From: Octopus sinensis
Lineage: Eukaryota
DNA length: 64,000 nt
Reading direction: 5' to 3'
NCBI RefSeq assembly: GCF_006345805.1
Contig: NC_043001.1
Coordinates: 47,182,001-47,246,000, forward strand
The position numbers and the translations under genes were made by a program. This document shows, piece after piece, positions 39,756 through 53,271 of this stretch. How positions within the stretch are numbered: position 1 is the stretch's first letter; each line of letters opens with the position of its first letter. Under the pieces are notes generated by a model. It saw only the letters and a list, made by a program, of their open reading frames with translations, was not told where the DNA came from and ran no database searches.

Positions 39756-39864
39756 ACAGGGGAAGATACCCTGGCCGACGGTGTTACTAGACACCACAGC
39801 AAATGCGACAGGATACGAACTAAATACCTGCTCCTCTCATCAAACTTCTCTCTACCTCTCTTTC

Positions 39865-39919
<55 letters not shown>

Positions 39920-41083
39920 CTCTCTCTTTCTCTCTCGCTCTCTCTCTCACACACACAACACAGACACACTTTCTTTGTTTGTCTGCCTGTGTGCCTACCT
40001 GCCCGCGTGCGTTTCTGTCTGTCTGTCTGTCTGTCTGCGTGTTTGTCTGTCAGTCTGTGTCTCTCCCTCAGACACACACAAGCACACACACACCCACACA
40101 TCTCTGTTTGTCTGCCTGCCTGCCCATTTACCTGTCTGTCTGTCTGTTTGTCTGCCTGCGTGTCTGTCTCTCTCTCTCTCTTAGACACACTCTGTGTTTG
40201 CCTGATTGCCCGTTTGCCCGTCTGTCTGTTTATCTCTCTATGTTTGTCTCTCTCAATATAAAAAAAAACTAGTACATCGTGCATGGCTCAGTGTGTAGGT
40301 CAATAACAGGACAGTCCGATGAGAGGGCAGGGATTCGTGCCTCGTTACTAATACGACGGTGTGTCTGTGGTAAAGAACCATTACTATCCTTTTCTACCCT
40401 GGGCACAAGAACCGAAATTTTGGGGGAGGGGGCCAGTCGCTTAGATCAATCTCAGTATGCAACTGGTACTTATTTTATCGAGCCCGAAAGAAGGAAAGGC
40501 AAAGTCAACCTCGGCGGAATTTGAACTCAGAACGTAAAGACAGACGAAATACCTATTTCTTTACTACCCACAAGGGGCTAAACACAGATAGGACAAACAA
40601 GCACAGACAAACGGATTAAGTCGATTATATCGACCCCAGTGCGTAACTGGTACTTCTTTAATCGACCCCGAACGGATGAAAGGCAAAGTCGACCTCGGCG
40701 GAATTTGAACTCAGAACGTAACCGCAGACGAAATACCACTAAGCATTTCACCCAACGTGCTAACGTTTCTTATTTCTTTATTGCACTCAAGAGGCTAAAC
40801 ATAGAAGGGACAGACAAACGGATTAAGTCGATTACATCGACCCCAGTGCGTAACTGGCACTTAATTTATCGACACCGAAAGGATGAAACGCAAAGTCAAC
40901 CCCGGCGGAATTTTGAACTCAGAATGCAGCGGCGAACGAAATACCGCTAAGCATTAGGAATGAATATGTACCGCATCGAAATTAAGATGTGATATACCAA
41001 ATGCCATGCATAGAAAATTATAGCCATCTGATTTTAAATACATTGAGTATATTTGTATGAATAGTTAAACACTTTTTTTGTAA

Positions 41084-41154
41084 GCATCGATGGTTCAGTG
41101 GTAGAATGCTCGTTTTCCACGCGGGCGGCCCGGGCTCGATTCCCGGTCGATGCA
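41084..41154 (+). tRNA. Variant tRNA-Gly with anticodon TCC (unit 2), function doubtful
   Basis: CTCGT-TT-TCC-AC-GCGGG; T54>C in the B box (GGCTCGA). Confidence 0.6.
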
Positions 41155-41763
41155 CTGCTTACTTATTTTTTCTTTTTTCTTACAACATGTGACGGTGGTT
41201 CAATGATAGAATATTCGCCTACAATACAAGCGTCACAGTTTCGTCTCCATCTGACTTTTCGTTGCAAAACGGAGACAACCATATACAAAAATTGTAACCT
41301 GTTGATTCGAAGTAGTTTTAGTACAACAGCTACCACAGTCGCAGACTTATGAGCCGCGAGCGGCTCGGGTTCGATTCCCGGTCGATGCAATAATCTTTTT
41401 TGAAAGAAAATTTACAATTTTTCGATCGTCATAAAACAGACCCATGAACATTTATTTTACTAATAACATCTACGCCTTACATGTGGTTTTCCGAGTCAGC
41501 ATCCGTTGTTCAATTGTAGTATGTTCGTCTGCCATAAATGGTTGCAAAACGGATAATATCGTACGTAAGAAAACAAGGGAACGAAATATAAGCTACATTA
41601 GTATCGGCAATAGAATAAGTACCCGGCACAAAAATAAAATACATACTCGGGCCGAGTAGTTGGATTAAAATTCCTCCAGGCAGTACACCAGCATGGCCAC
41701 AGTCATATGACAGAAACGCGTAAAAGAAAAGATAAACGATAATTTGAAATTTCTCGTTCGTCG

Positions 41764-41834
41764 GCATCGGTGGTTCAGTGGTAGAATTCTCGCCTCCCAC
41801 GCGAGTGACCCGGGTTCGATTCCCGGTCGATGCA
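41764..41834 (+). tRNA. tRNA-Gly-CCC: tRNA-Gly(CCC) (unit 2)
   Basis: Full cloverleaf with canonical GTTCGATTC. Confidence 0.88.
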
Positions 41835-42913
41835 TTAATTTCTTGATATTTTTTTTTTGTAATTTGTTTATTTAATATAAATGGTTGGTGAGCTGGCAGA
41901 ATCGTTTGCTCGTCGGGCAAAATGCCTAGCGGACTTTCGTCTGTCTTTACGTTCTCAGTTCAAATTCTGCCGAGGTCGACTTTACCTTTCTCGATAAATT
42001 AAGTACCAGTCAAATACTGAGGTCGATGTGAATTGACTTACCCACTCCGCCAAAATTACTCGCCTTGTGCCTAAATTTGAAACCAATGTAGGATGGTCGC
42101 AATGGGGATATATTAATATTTAAAAAAATACTTCACTTCCAGTTTCTGGCTTTCTGGATTTATTGATTGTTGTCATAGATAACAACGAATAAATAGTAAT
42201 TCAGTTTCGGTTACGTTTGAAATCATTTCATTTCATAACGACAATATTTTGTGGAAAAAACATGAACACTGTTATGTTATCTCTCCCTTCTGGTGTTTAT
42301 TTATGCTGAAAATTTTGTCCATACTAATGAAAGTCATTAACACGGTTCTCCATTTTTAAGAACGTGAATCCTTTAACCTTCATTCTACCATTGTTATACT
42401 TGTATCTCAGTATGTGATGGATCCATCTGAACGTCTTTGTATTTATTTTACGTTGTTGATATTTTACTTAGGGTATGGACTTAATACAGGATTAAGGATT
42501 CAAAAGGGGGCCAGTATATTCCATGATGGATCTATAAATGGTTCGTATATCAGTCTTGGTTTTAGTTGTAATTTTTCCGAAGAACTTCATGACCTTGGGT
42601 AGAAGATTTTGTTCCAGTGTAAGTTGACCAGTAACAAACTTCTTCCTGGATAGAGTACCAACTTAAAACGGACTATGTTTAATTCCCATTCAGAAAGAAA
42701 TTAATACATCACCGTATATCAAGGAATTACTTTTCACTTCATTTTAAAAATGTAACGAGATAAGGAAATACATCAAATGGTCCAATGCCATAAATTTGGA
42801 TAAATATGTTAAGAAGTGATGTACAGAATATCCGAACTTTTCATTAAATTACATAGCCTCGGGCCAACCAAAGCCTTGTTAGTGGATTTGGTAGACGAAG
42901 CCTGTGGTGTATA

Positions 42914-43000
<87 letters not shown>

Positions 43001-43340
43001 ATCTTTTATCTTTTACATGTTTCAGTCATTTCACCGCGGCCATTCTGGGGCACCGCCTTATACATATGTGTGTCTGTGTTTGTGTTTGTCCCCCTCGATC
43101 GCTTGACAACCGACGTTGGTTTCTTTACATCCCCGTAACTTAGCAGTTCGGCAAAACGGTAGAATAAATATCAGGCTTAAAATATGAGTACTGGAGTTGA
43201 TTTGTTCGACTAAACTCTTCAAGGCCGTGCCCCAGTATAGCCAGAGTCCAAAGACTGAAACAAATAAGATAAAAAAGTAAAGATACGTACCAAACCTTTA
43301 TATATATATATAGCAAATTATGTCATGTCAAATCATGTGC

Positions 43341-43411
43341 GCATCGGTGGTTCAGTGGTAGAATGCTCGCCTGCCACGCGGGCGGCCCGGGTTCGATTCC
43401 CGGCCGATGCA
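43341..43411 (+). tRNA. tRNA-Gly-GCC: tRNA-Gly(GCC), intact (unit 3)
   Basis: Identical 71-mer. Confidence 0.97.
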
Positions 43412-43911
43412 ACTTTATTTTTTTAAAATTGCATTCTCTTTAATAGCTTTCTTTTTAAAGTAAAAAAAAAATGTTTCTTTGCAATAGGGTAGATGGGAGG
43501 AAGATCAATCGAAGCTGAAATCGTGTTGGGAGACCTCTTACCAATCACTTTTTGTATTCATGCGTGGTCACTTTAGGTCGGCGGTCTTCGTCTTCCTCTT
43601 GGAGAACACTGGCAGCGTGAAGAGGAGCAACATGAATATGTAGGCATCTGCAAGTCTTCCAGAAAAGAAACCTGGTCAAGGCCTGCATACAGGTGAAGAT
43701 ACCCTGGCCGACGGTGTTACTAGACACCACAGCAAATGCGACAGGATACGAACTAAATACCTGCTCCCCTTATCAAACTTCTCTCTTTCTCTTTCTTACT
43801 TTCTTTCTTTCTTTCTTCTTTCTTTCTTTCTTTCTATCTCTCTTTCTTTCTTTCTTTCTTTTTCTTTCTTTCTTTCTTTCTTTCTTTCTTTGTTTCTCTC
43901 TCTGTTTCTCC

Positions 43912-43965
<54 letters not shown>

Positions 43966-44168
43966 GACACACTCTCCTTGTTTGTCTGGTTGTCTGCCTA
44001 CCTGCCCGCCCATTTGCCTGTCTGCCCGCGGGCGTGTCTGTCTGTCTGTCTGTCTGCCCGCGTGCGTGTCTGTCTGTCAGTCTGTGTCTCCCCCTCTCTC
44101 TCCCTCAGACACACACAAACACACACACACCCACACATCTCTGTTTGTCTGCCTACCTGCCCATTTAC

Positions 44169-44219
<51 letters not shown>

Positions 44220-45360
44220 AGATAAACATACTCCTTTTCTGTTTTTATGCCTGTCTGCCCGTTTGCCTGTCTGTCTGTCTGTCTCTGTCTCTTTCTGTCT
44301 CTCTCTCAGACACACACACTCTGTGCTTGCCTGTCCGTTTTCCTGTCTGCTGTCAGCCCTTTTACCTGTCTTTCTGTCTCTCTCAGACACACGCACTCTT
44401 TCTGTGTTTGCCTGTTTGCCCGTTTACCTGTCCGCTGTCTGCCCGTTTGCCCGTTTGTCTGCCTGCCTGTCTCTCTCTCTCTCTCTTAGACACACTCTGT
44501 GTTTGCCTGATTGCCCGTTTGCCCGTCTGTCTGTTTATCTCTCTATGTTTGTCTCTCAATATAAAAAAAAACTAGTACATAGTGCATGGCTCAGTGTGTA
44601 GGTCAATAACAGGACAGTCCGATGAGAGGGCAGGGGTTCGTGCCTCGTTACTAATACGACGGTGTGTCTGTGGTAAAGAACCATTACTATCCTTTTCTAC
44701 CCTGGGCAAAAGACCCAAAATTTTGGGGGAGGGGGCCAGTCGCTTAGATCAATCTCAGTATGCAACTGGTACTTATTTTATCGACCCTGAAAGAAGGAAA
44801 GGCAAAGTCAACCTCGGCGGAATTTGAACTCAGAACGTAAAGACAGACGAAATACCTATTTCTTTACTACCCACAAGGGGCTAAACACAGATAGGACAAA
44901 CAAGCACAGACAAACTGGTACTTCTTTAATCGACCCCGAACGGATGAAAGGCAAAGTTGACCTCGGCGGAATTTGAACTCAGAACGTAACCGCAGACGAA
45001 ATACCACTAAGCATTTCACCCGACGTGCTAACGTTTCTTATTTCTTTATTGCACACAAGAGGCTAAACATAGAAGGGTCAAACAAGGATAGACAAACGGA
45101 TTAAGTCGATTACATCGACCCCCGTGCGTAACTGGTACTTAATTTATCGACACCGAAAGGATGAAACGCAAAGTCAACCTCGGCGGAATTTTGAACTCAG
45201 AACGTAGCGGCGAACGAAATACCGCTAAGCATTCGGAATGAATATGTACCGCATCGAAGTTAAGATGTAATATACCAAACGCCATGCATAGAAAATTATA
45301 GCCATCTGATTTTAAATACATTGAGTATATTTGTATGAATAGTTAAGGACTTTTATGTAA

Positions 45361-45431
45361 GCATCAATGGTTCAGTGGTAGAATGCTCGCCTGCCACGCG
45401 TGCGGCCCGTGTTCGATTCCCGGTCGATGCA
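45361..45431 (+). pseudogene. Variant tRNA-Gly(GCC) pseudogene (unit 3)
   Basis: GCATCAA acceptor mismatch plus anticodon-stem and T-stem mismatches. Confidence 0.75.
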
Positions 45432-46043
45432 CTGCTTATTTATATTTTCTTTTTTTCTTACAACATGTGACTGTCGTTCAATGATAGAATATTTGCCTAC
45501 AATACAAGCGTCACAGATTCGTCTCCACCTGACTTTTTGTTGCAAAACGGAGACAACCATATACAAAAATTGTAACCTGTTGATTCGAAGTAGTTTCAGT
45601 ATAACAGCTACCACAGTCGCAGACTTATGAGCCGCGAGCGGCTCGGGTTCGATTCCCGGTCGATGCAATAATCTTTTTTGAAAGAAAATTTACAATTTCT
45701 CGATAGTCATAAAACAGACCCATGAACATTCATTTTACTAATAACATCTACGACTTACATGTGGTTTTCCGAGTCAGCATCCGTTGTTCAATTGTAGTAT
45801 GTTCGTCTGTCATAAATGGTTGCAAAACGGATAATATCGTACGTAAGAAAACAAGGGAACGAAATATAAGCTACATTAGTATCGGCAATAGAATAAGTAC
45901 TCGGCATAAAAATAAAATACATACTCGGGCCGAGTAGTTGGATTAAATTCCTCCTGGCAGTGCACCAGCATGGCCACAGTATATGACAGAAACGAGTAAA
46001 AGAAAAGAAAGAAAAGATAATTTGAGATATATATCGTCGCGGT

Positions 46044-46111
46044 CGGTCGGTGGTTCAGTGGTAGAATTCTCGCCTCCCACGTGAGACCCGGGTTCGATTC
46101 CGGTCGATGCA
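46044..46111 (+). pseudogene. Damaged tRNA-Gly(CCC) (unit 3)
   Basis: 5' end altered and small deletions; may partly be consensus error. Confidence 0.65.
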
Positions 46112-46189
46112 TTATGCATTAATTCTTGAATTTAATAAAAAAAAAATTTTTTTATTAAATATAAATGGTTGGGGAGCAGGCAGAATCGT

Positions 46190-47226
46190 TTGCTCGTCGG
46201 GCAAAATGCCTAGCGGACTTTCGTCTGTCTTTACGTTCTCAGTTCAAATTCTGCCGAGGTCGACTTTACCTTTCGTTCTCGATAAATTAAGTACCAGTCA
46301 AATACTGAGGTCGATGTGAATTGACTTACCCACTCCGCCAAAGTTACTCGCCTTGTGCCTAAATTTGAAACCAATGTAGGATGGTCGCAATGGGGATATA
46401 TTAATATTTTCAAAAATACTTCACTTCCAGTTTCTGGCTTTCTGGATTTATTGATTGTTGTCATAGATAACAACGAATAAATAGTAATTCAGTTTCGATT
46501 ACGCTTGAAATCATTTCATTTCATAACGACAATATTTTGTGGAAAAAACATGAACACTGTTATGTTATCTCCCCCTTCTGGTGTTTATTTATGCTGAAAA
46601 TTTTGTCCATACTAATGAAAGTCATTAACACGGTTCTCCATTTTTAAGAACGTGAATCCTTTAACCTTCATTCTACCATTGTTATACTCGTATCTCAGTA
46701 TGTGATGGATCCACCTGAACGTCTTTGTATTCATTTTACGTTGTTGATATTTTACTTAGGGTATGGACTTAATACAGGATTAAGGATTCAAAAGAGGGCC
46801 AGTATATTCCATGATGGATCTATAAATGGTTCGTATATCAGTCTTGGTTTTAGTTGTAATTTTTCCGAAGAACTTCATGACCTTGGGTAGAAGATTTTGT
46901 TCCAGTGTAAGTTGACCAGTAACAAACTTCTTCCTGGATAGAGTACCAACTTATAACTGACTGTGTTTAATTCCCATTCAGAAAGAAATTAATACATCAC
47001 CGTATATCAAGGAATTACTTTTCACTTCTTTAGTGCTGTCACTCCTCAATTATAATTTTTTAAAATGTAACGAGATAAGGAAATACATCAAATGGTCCAA
47101 TGCCATAAATTTGGATAAATACGTTAAGAAGTGATGTACAGAATATCCGAAATTTTCATTAAATTACATAGCCTCGGGCCAACCAAAGCCTTGTCAGTGG
47201 ATTTGGTAGACGAAGCCTGTGGTGTA

Positions 47227-47296
<70 letters not shown>

Positions 47297-49359
47297 ATCT
47301 TTTATCTTTTACATGTTTCAGTCATTTCACCGCGGCCATGCTGGGGTACCGCCTTATACATATGTGTGTCTGAGTTTGTGTTTGTCCCCCACGACCGCTT
47401 GACAACCGACGTTGGTTTCTTTACATCCCCGCAACTTAGCGGTTCCGCAAAACGGTAGAATAAATATCAGGCTTAAGATATGAGTACTGGAGTTGATTCC
47501 CGGTCGATGCATTAATTTCTGGATTATTATTTTTTTTTAATTTTGTTTATTTAATATAAATGGTGGGAGCTGACGGACAGAATCGTTTGCTCGTCGGGCA
47601 AAATGCCTAGCGGACTTTCGTCTGTCTTTACGTTCTCAGTTCAAATTCTGCCGAGGTCGACTTTACCTTTCGTTCTCGATAAATTAAGTACCAGTCAAAT
47701 ACTTGGGTCGATGTGAATTGACTTACCCACTCCGCCAAAATTACTCGCCTTGTGCCTAAATTTGAAACCAATGTAGGATGGTCGCAATGGCGATATATTA
47801 ATATTTTCAAAAATACTTCACTTCCAGTTTCTGGCCTTCTGGATTTATTGATTGTTGTCATAGATAACAACGAATAAATAGTAATTCAGTTTCGGTTACG
47901 CTTGAAATCATTTCATTTCATAACGACAATATTTTGTGGAAAAAACATGAACACTGTTATGTTATCTCCCCCTTCTTGTGTTAATTAATGCTGAAAATTT
48001 TGTCCATACGAATGAAAGTCATTAACACGGTTCTCCATTTTTAAGAACGTGAATCCTTTAACCTTCATTCTACCATTGTTATACTTGTATCTCAGTATGT
48101 GATGGATCCATCTGAACGTCTTTGTATTTATTTTACGTTGTTGATATTTTACTTAGGGTATGGACTAAGTCCAGGATTAAGGAGCGAAAGAGGGCCAGTA
48201 TATTCCATGATGGATCTATAAATATGAGTACTGGAGTTGATTTGTTCGACTAAAGTCTTCAAGGCCGTGCCCCAGTATAGCCAGAGTCCAGGCAGACTCG
48301 TTTGGTGAGCAGGCAGAATCGTTTGCTCGTCGGGCAAAATGCCTAGCGGACTTTCGTCTGTCTTTACGTTCTCAGTTCAAATTCTGCCGAGGTCGACTTT
48401 ACCTTTCGTTCTCGATAAATTAAGTACCAGTCAAATACTGAGGTCGATGTGAATTGACTTACCCACTCCGCCAAAATTACTCGCCTTGTGCCTAAATTTG
48501 AAACCAATGTAGGATGGTCGCAATGGGGATATATTAATATTTTCAAAAATACTTCACTTCCAGTTTCTGGCTTTCTGGATTTATTGATTGTTGTCATAGA
48601 TAACAACGAATAAATAGTAATTCAGTTTCGATTACGCTTGAAATCATTTCATTTCATAACGACAATATTTTGTGGAAAAAACATGAACACTGTTATGTTA
48701 TCTCCCCCTTCTGGTGTTTATTTATGCTGAAAATTTTGTCCATACTAATGAAAGTCATTAACACGGTTCTCCATTTTTAAGAACGTGAATCCTTTAACCT
48801 TCATTCTACCATTGTTATACTCGTATCTCAGTATGTGATGGATCCACCTGAACGTCTTTGTATTCATTTTACGTTGTTGATATTTTACTTAGGGTATGGA
48901 CTTAATACAGGATTAAGGATTCAAAAGAGGGCCAGTATATTCCATGATGGATCTATAAATGGTTCGTATATCAGTCTTGGTTTTAGTTGTAATTTTTCCG
49001 AAGAACTTCATGACCTTGGGTAGAAGATTTTGTTCCAGTGTAAGTTGACCAGTAACAAACTTCTTCCTGGATAGAGTACCAACTTATAACTGACTGTGTT
49101 TAATTCCCATTCAGAAAGAAATTAATACATCACCGTATATCAAGGAATTACTTTTCACTTCTTTAGTGCTGTCACTCCTCAATTATAATTTTTAAAAATG
49201 TAACGAGATAAGGAAATACATCAAATGGTCCAATGCCATAAATTTGGATAAATACGTTAAGAAGTGATGTACAGAATATCCGAACTTTTCATTAAATTAC
49301 ATAGCCTCGGGCCAACCAAAGCCTTGTCAGTGGATTTGGTAGACGAAGCCTGTGGTGTA

Positions 49360-49423
<64 letters not shown>

Positions 49424-50410
49424 ATCTTTTATCTTTTACATGTTTCAGTCATTTCACCGCGGCCATGCTGGGGTACCGCCTTATACATATGTGTGTCTGA
49501 GTTTGTGTTTGTCCCCCACGACCGCTTGACAACCGACGTTGGTTTCTTTACATCCCCGCAACTTAGCGGTTCGGCAAAACGGTAGAATAAATATCAGGCT
49601 TAAGATATGAGTACTGGAGTTGATTCCCGGTCGATGCATTAATTTCTGGATTATTATTATTTTTTTAATTTGTTTATTTAATATAAATGGTTGGTGAGCT
49701 GGCAGAATCGTTTGCTCGTCGGGCAAAATGCCTAGCGGACTTTCGTCTGTCTTTACGTTCTCAGTTCAAATTCTGCCGAGGTCGACTTTACCTTTCGTTC
49801 TCGATAAATTAAGTACCAGTCAAATACTTGGGTCGATGTGAATTGACTTACCCACTCCGCCAAAATTACTCGCCTTGTGCCTAAATTTGAAACCAATGTA
49901 GGATGGTCGCAATGGCGATATATTAATATTTTCAAAAATACTTCACTTCCAGTTTCTGGCCTTCTGGATTTATTGATTGTTGTCATAGATAACAACGAAT
50001 AAATAGTAATTCAGTTTCGGTTACGTTGCTTGAAATCATTTCATTTCATAACGACAATATTTTGTGGAAAAAACATGACACTGTTATGTTATCTCCCCTT
50101 CTTGTGTTAATTAATGCTGAAATTTTGTCCATACGAATGAAAGTTATTAACACGGTTCTCCATTTTTAAGAACGTGAATCCTTTAACCTTCATTCTACCA
50201 TTGTTATACTTGTATCTCAGTATGTGATGGATCCATCTGAACGTCTTTGTATTTATTTTACGTTGTTGATATTTTACTTAGGGTATGGGCTAAGTCCAGG
50301 ATTAAGGATTCGAAAGAGGGCCAGTATATTCCATGATGGATCTATAAATATGAGTACTGGAGTTGATTTGTTCGACTAAAGTCTTCAAGGCCGTGCCCCA
50401 GTATAGCCAG
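46190..50410 (+). repeat. Higher-order ~2.13-kb tandem duplication of tRNA-less, deleted units
   Basis: 47169 to 49302 = 2133 bp; the same deletion junctions and private variants occur in both halves; outer bounds approximate. Confidence 0.85.
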
Positions 50411-50505
50411 AGTCCAAAGACTGAAACAAATAAGATAAAAAAGTAAAGATACGTACCAAACCTTTTATATATATATAGCAAATTATTTCAAGTTAACTCA
50501 TGTAC

Positions 50506-50576
50506 GCATCGGTGGTTCAGTGGTAGAATGCTCGCCTGCCACGCGGGCGGCCCGGGTTCGATTCCCGGCCGATGCA
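50506..50576 (+). tRNA. tRNA-Gly-GCC: tRNA-Gly(GCC), intact
   Basis: Identical 71-mer. Confidence 0.97.
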
Positions 50577-51009
50577 ACTTTATATTTTCTTAAAATTGCA
50601 TTCTCTTTAATAGCTTTCATTTTAAATTTAAAAAAATGTTTCTTTGCAATAGGGTGGATGGGAGGAAGATCAATCGAAGCTGAAATCTTGTTGGGAGACC
50701 TCTTACCAATCACATTTTGTTTTCATGCGTGGACACTTTAGGTCGGCGGTCTTCGCCTTCCTCTTGGAGAACACTGGCAGCGTGAAGAGGAGCAACATGA
50801 ATATGTAGGCATCTGCAAGTCTTCCAGAAAAGAAACCTGGTCAAGGCCTGCATACAGGTGAAGATAGCCTGGCCGACGGTGTTACTAGACACCACAGCAA
50901 ATGCGACAGGATACGAACTAAATACCTGCTCCCCTCATCAAACTTCTCTCTACCTCTCTTTCTCTTTCTTACTTTCGTTCTTTCTTTCTTTCTTTTTTTC
51001 TTTCTTTCT

Positions 51010-51069
<60 letters not shown>

Positions 51070-51260
51070 ACACAGACACACTCTCTTTGTTTGTCTGCCT
51101 ACCTGCCCGCCCATTTGCCTGTCTGCCCGCGTGCGTGTCTGTCTGTCTGTCTGCGTATTTGTCTGTCAGTCTGTGTCTCTCCCCTCTCTCTCTCCCTCCC
51201 TCAGACACACACAAACACCCACCCACACATCTCTGTTTGTCTGCCTGCCTGCCCATTTAC

Positions 51261-51294
<34 letters not shown>

Positions 51295-52513
51295 TTTAGA
51301 TAAACTTACTCCTTTTCTGTTTTATGCCTGTCTGCCCGTTTGCCTGTCTGTCTGCCTGTCTGTCTGTCTCTTTCTCTCTCTCCCAGTCTCTCTCTGTCTC
51401 TTTCTGTCCCTCTCTCAGACACACACACTCTGTGCTTGCCTGTCTGCCTGTTTTCCTGTCTGCTGTCAGCCCTTTTACCTGTCTGTCTGTCTCTCTCAGA
51501 CACACGCACTCTTTCTGTGTTTGCCTGTTTGCCCGTTTACCTATCCGCTGTCTGCCCGTTTGCCCGTTTGCCTGCCTGTCTCTGTCTCTCTCTCTCTCTT
51601 AGACACACTCTGTGTTTGCCTGATTGCCCGTTTGCCCGTCTGTCTGTTTATCTCTCTATGTTTGTCTCTCTCAATATAAAAAAAACTAGTACATAGTGCA
51701 TGGCTCAGTGTGTAGGTCAATAACAGGACAGTTCGATGAGAGGGCAGGGGTTCGTGCCTCGTTACTAATACGACGGTGTGTCTGTGGTAAAGAACCATTA
51801 CTATCCTTTTCTACCCTGGGCACAAGACCCGAAATTTTGGGGGAGGGGGCCAGTCGCTTAGATCAATCTCAGTATGCAACTGGTACTTATTTTATCGAAA
51901 CCCGAAAGAAGGAAAGGCAAAGTCAACCTCGGCGGAATTTGAACTCAGAACGTAAAGACAGACGAAATACCTATTTCTTTACTACCCACAAGGGGCTAAA
52001 CACAGATAGGACAAACAAGGACAGACACACGGATTAAGTCGATTATATCGACCCCAGTGCGTAACTGGTACTTCTTTAATCGACCCCGAACGGATGAAAG
52101 GCAAAGTCGACCTCGGCGGAATTTGAACTCAGAACGTAACCGCAGACGAAATACCACTAAGCATTTCACCCGACGTGCTAACGTTTCTTATTTCTTTATT
52201 GCACACAAGAGGCTAAACATAGAAGGGTCAAACAAGGATAGACAAACGGATTAAGTCGATTACATCGACCCCCGTGCGTAACTGGTACTTAATTTATCGA
52301 CACCGAGGGGATGAAACGCAAAGTCAACCTCGGCGGAATTTTGAACTCAGAACGTAGCGGCGAACGAAATACCGCTAAGCATTCGGAATGAATATGTACC
52401 GCATCATCGAAGTTAAGATGTAATATACCAAACGCCATGCATAGAAAATTATAGCCATCTGATTTTAAATACATTGAGTATATTTGTATGATATAGTTAA
52501 GACTTTTATGTAA

Positions 52514-52589
52514 GCATCAATGGTTCAGTGGTAGATGCTCGCTCGCCTGCCACGCGTGCGGCCCGTGTTCGATTCCCCCGGTCGATGCA
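52514..52589 (+). pseudogene. Variant tRNA-Gly(GCC) pseudogene with indels
   Basis: Same substitutions as 45361 plus small indels. Confidence 0.7.
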
Positions 52590-53200
52590 CTGCTTATTAT
52601 ATTTCTTTTTTCTTACAAATTGTGACTGTCGTTCAATGATGATAGAATATTTGCCTACAATACAAGCGTCACAGATTCGTCTCCACCTGACTTTTTGTTG
52701 CAAAACGGAGACAACCATATACAAAAATTGTAACCTGTTGATGCGAAGTAGTTTCAGTATAACAGCTACCACAGTCGCAGACTTATGAGCCGCGAGCGGC
52801 TCGGGTTCGATTCCCGGTCGATGCAATAATCTTTTTTGAAAGAAAATTTACAATTTCTCGATAGTCATAAAACAGACCCATTGAACATTCATTTTACTAA
52901 TAACATCTACGACTTACATGTGGTTTTCCGAGTCAGCATCCGTTGTTCAATTGTAGTATGTTCGTCTGTCATAAATGGTTGCAAAACGGATAATATCGTA
53001 CGTAAGAAAACAAGGGAACGAAATATAAGCTACATTAGTATCGGCAATAGAATAAGTACTCGGCATAAAAATAAAATACATACTCGGGCCGAGTAGTTGG
53101 ATTAAAATTCCTCCTGGCAGTGCACCAGCATGGCCACAGTCATATGACAGAAACGCATAAAAGAAAACATAAAAGATAATTTGGAATCTCTCGTTCGTCG

Positions 53201-53271
53201 GCATCGGTGGTTCAGTGGTAGAATTCTCGCCTCCCACGTGAGTGACCCGGGTTCGATTCCCGGTCGATGCA
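53201..53271 (+). tRNA. tRNA-Gly-CCC: tRNA-Gly(CCC)
   Basis: Full cloverleaf; G30.T40 wobble (GTGAG). Confidence 0.8.

Noticed and set aside
41191-41389. Apparent split tRNA-Gly with a ~125-nt intron at position 37/38
   Set aside because: The diverged paralog (61808-62054) shows two separate relics here: a full-length decayed one and another that lost its 5' half. The halves also do not form an acceptor stem.
46044-46111. Treating the indel-damaged tRNA copies (also 52514-52589) as real loss-of-function events
   Set aside because: Nearby sequence has scattered small indels typical of unpolished long-read consensus, so they cannot be trusted without reads.
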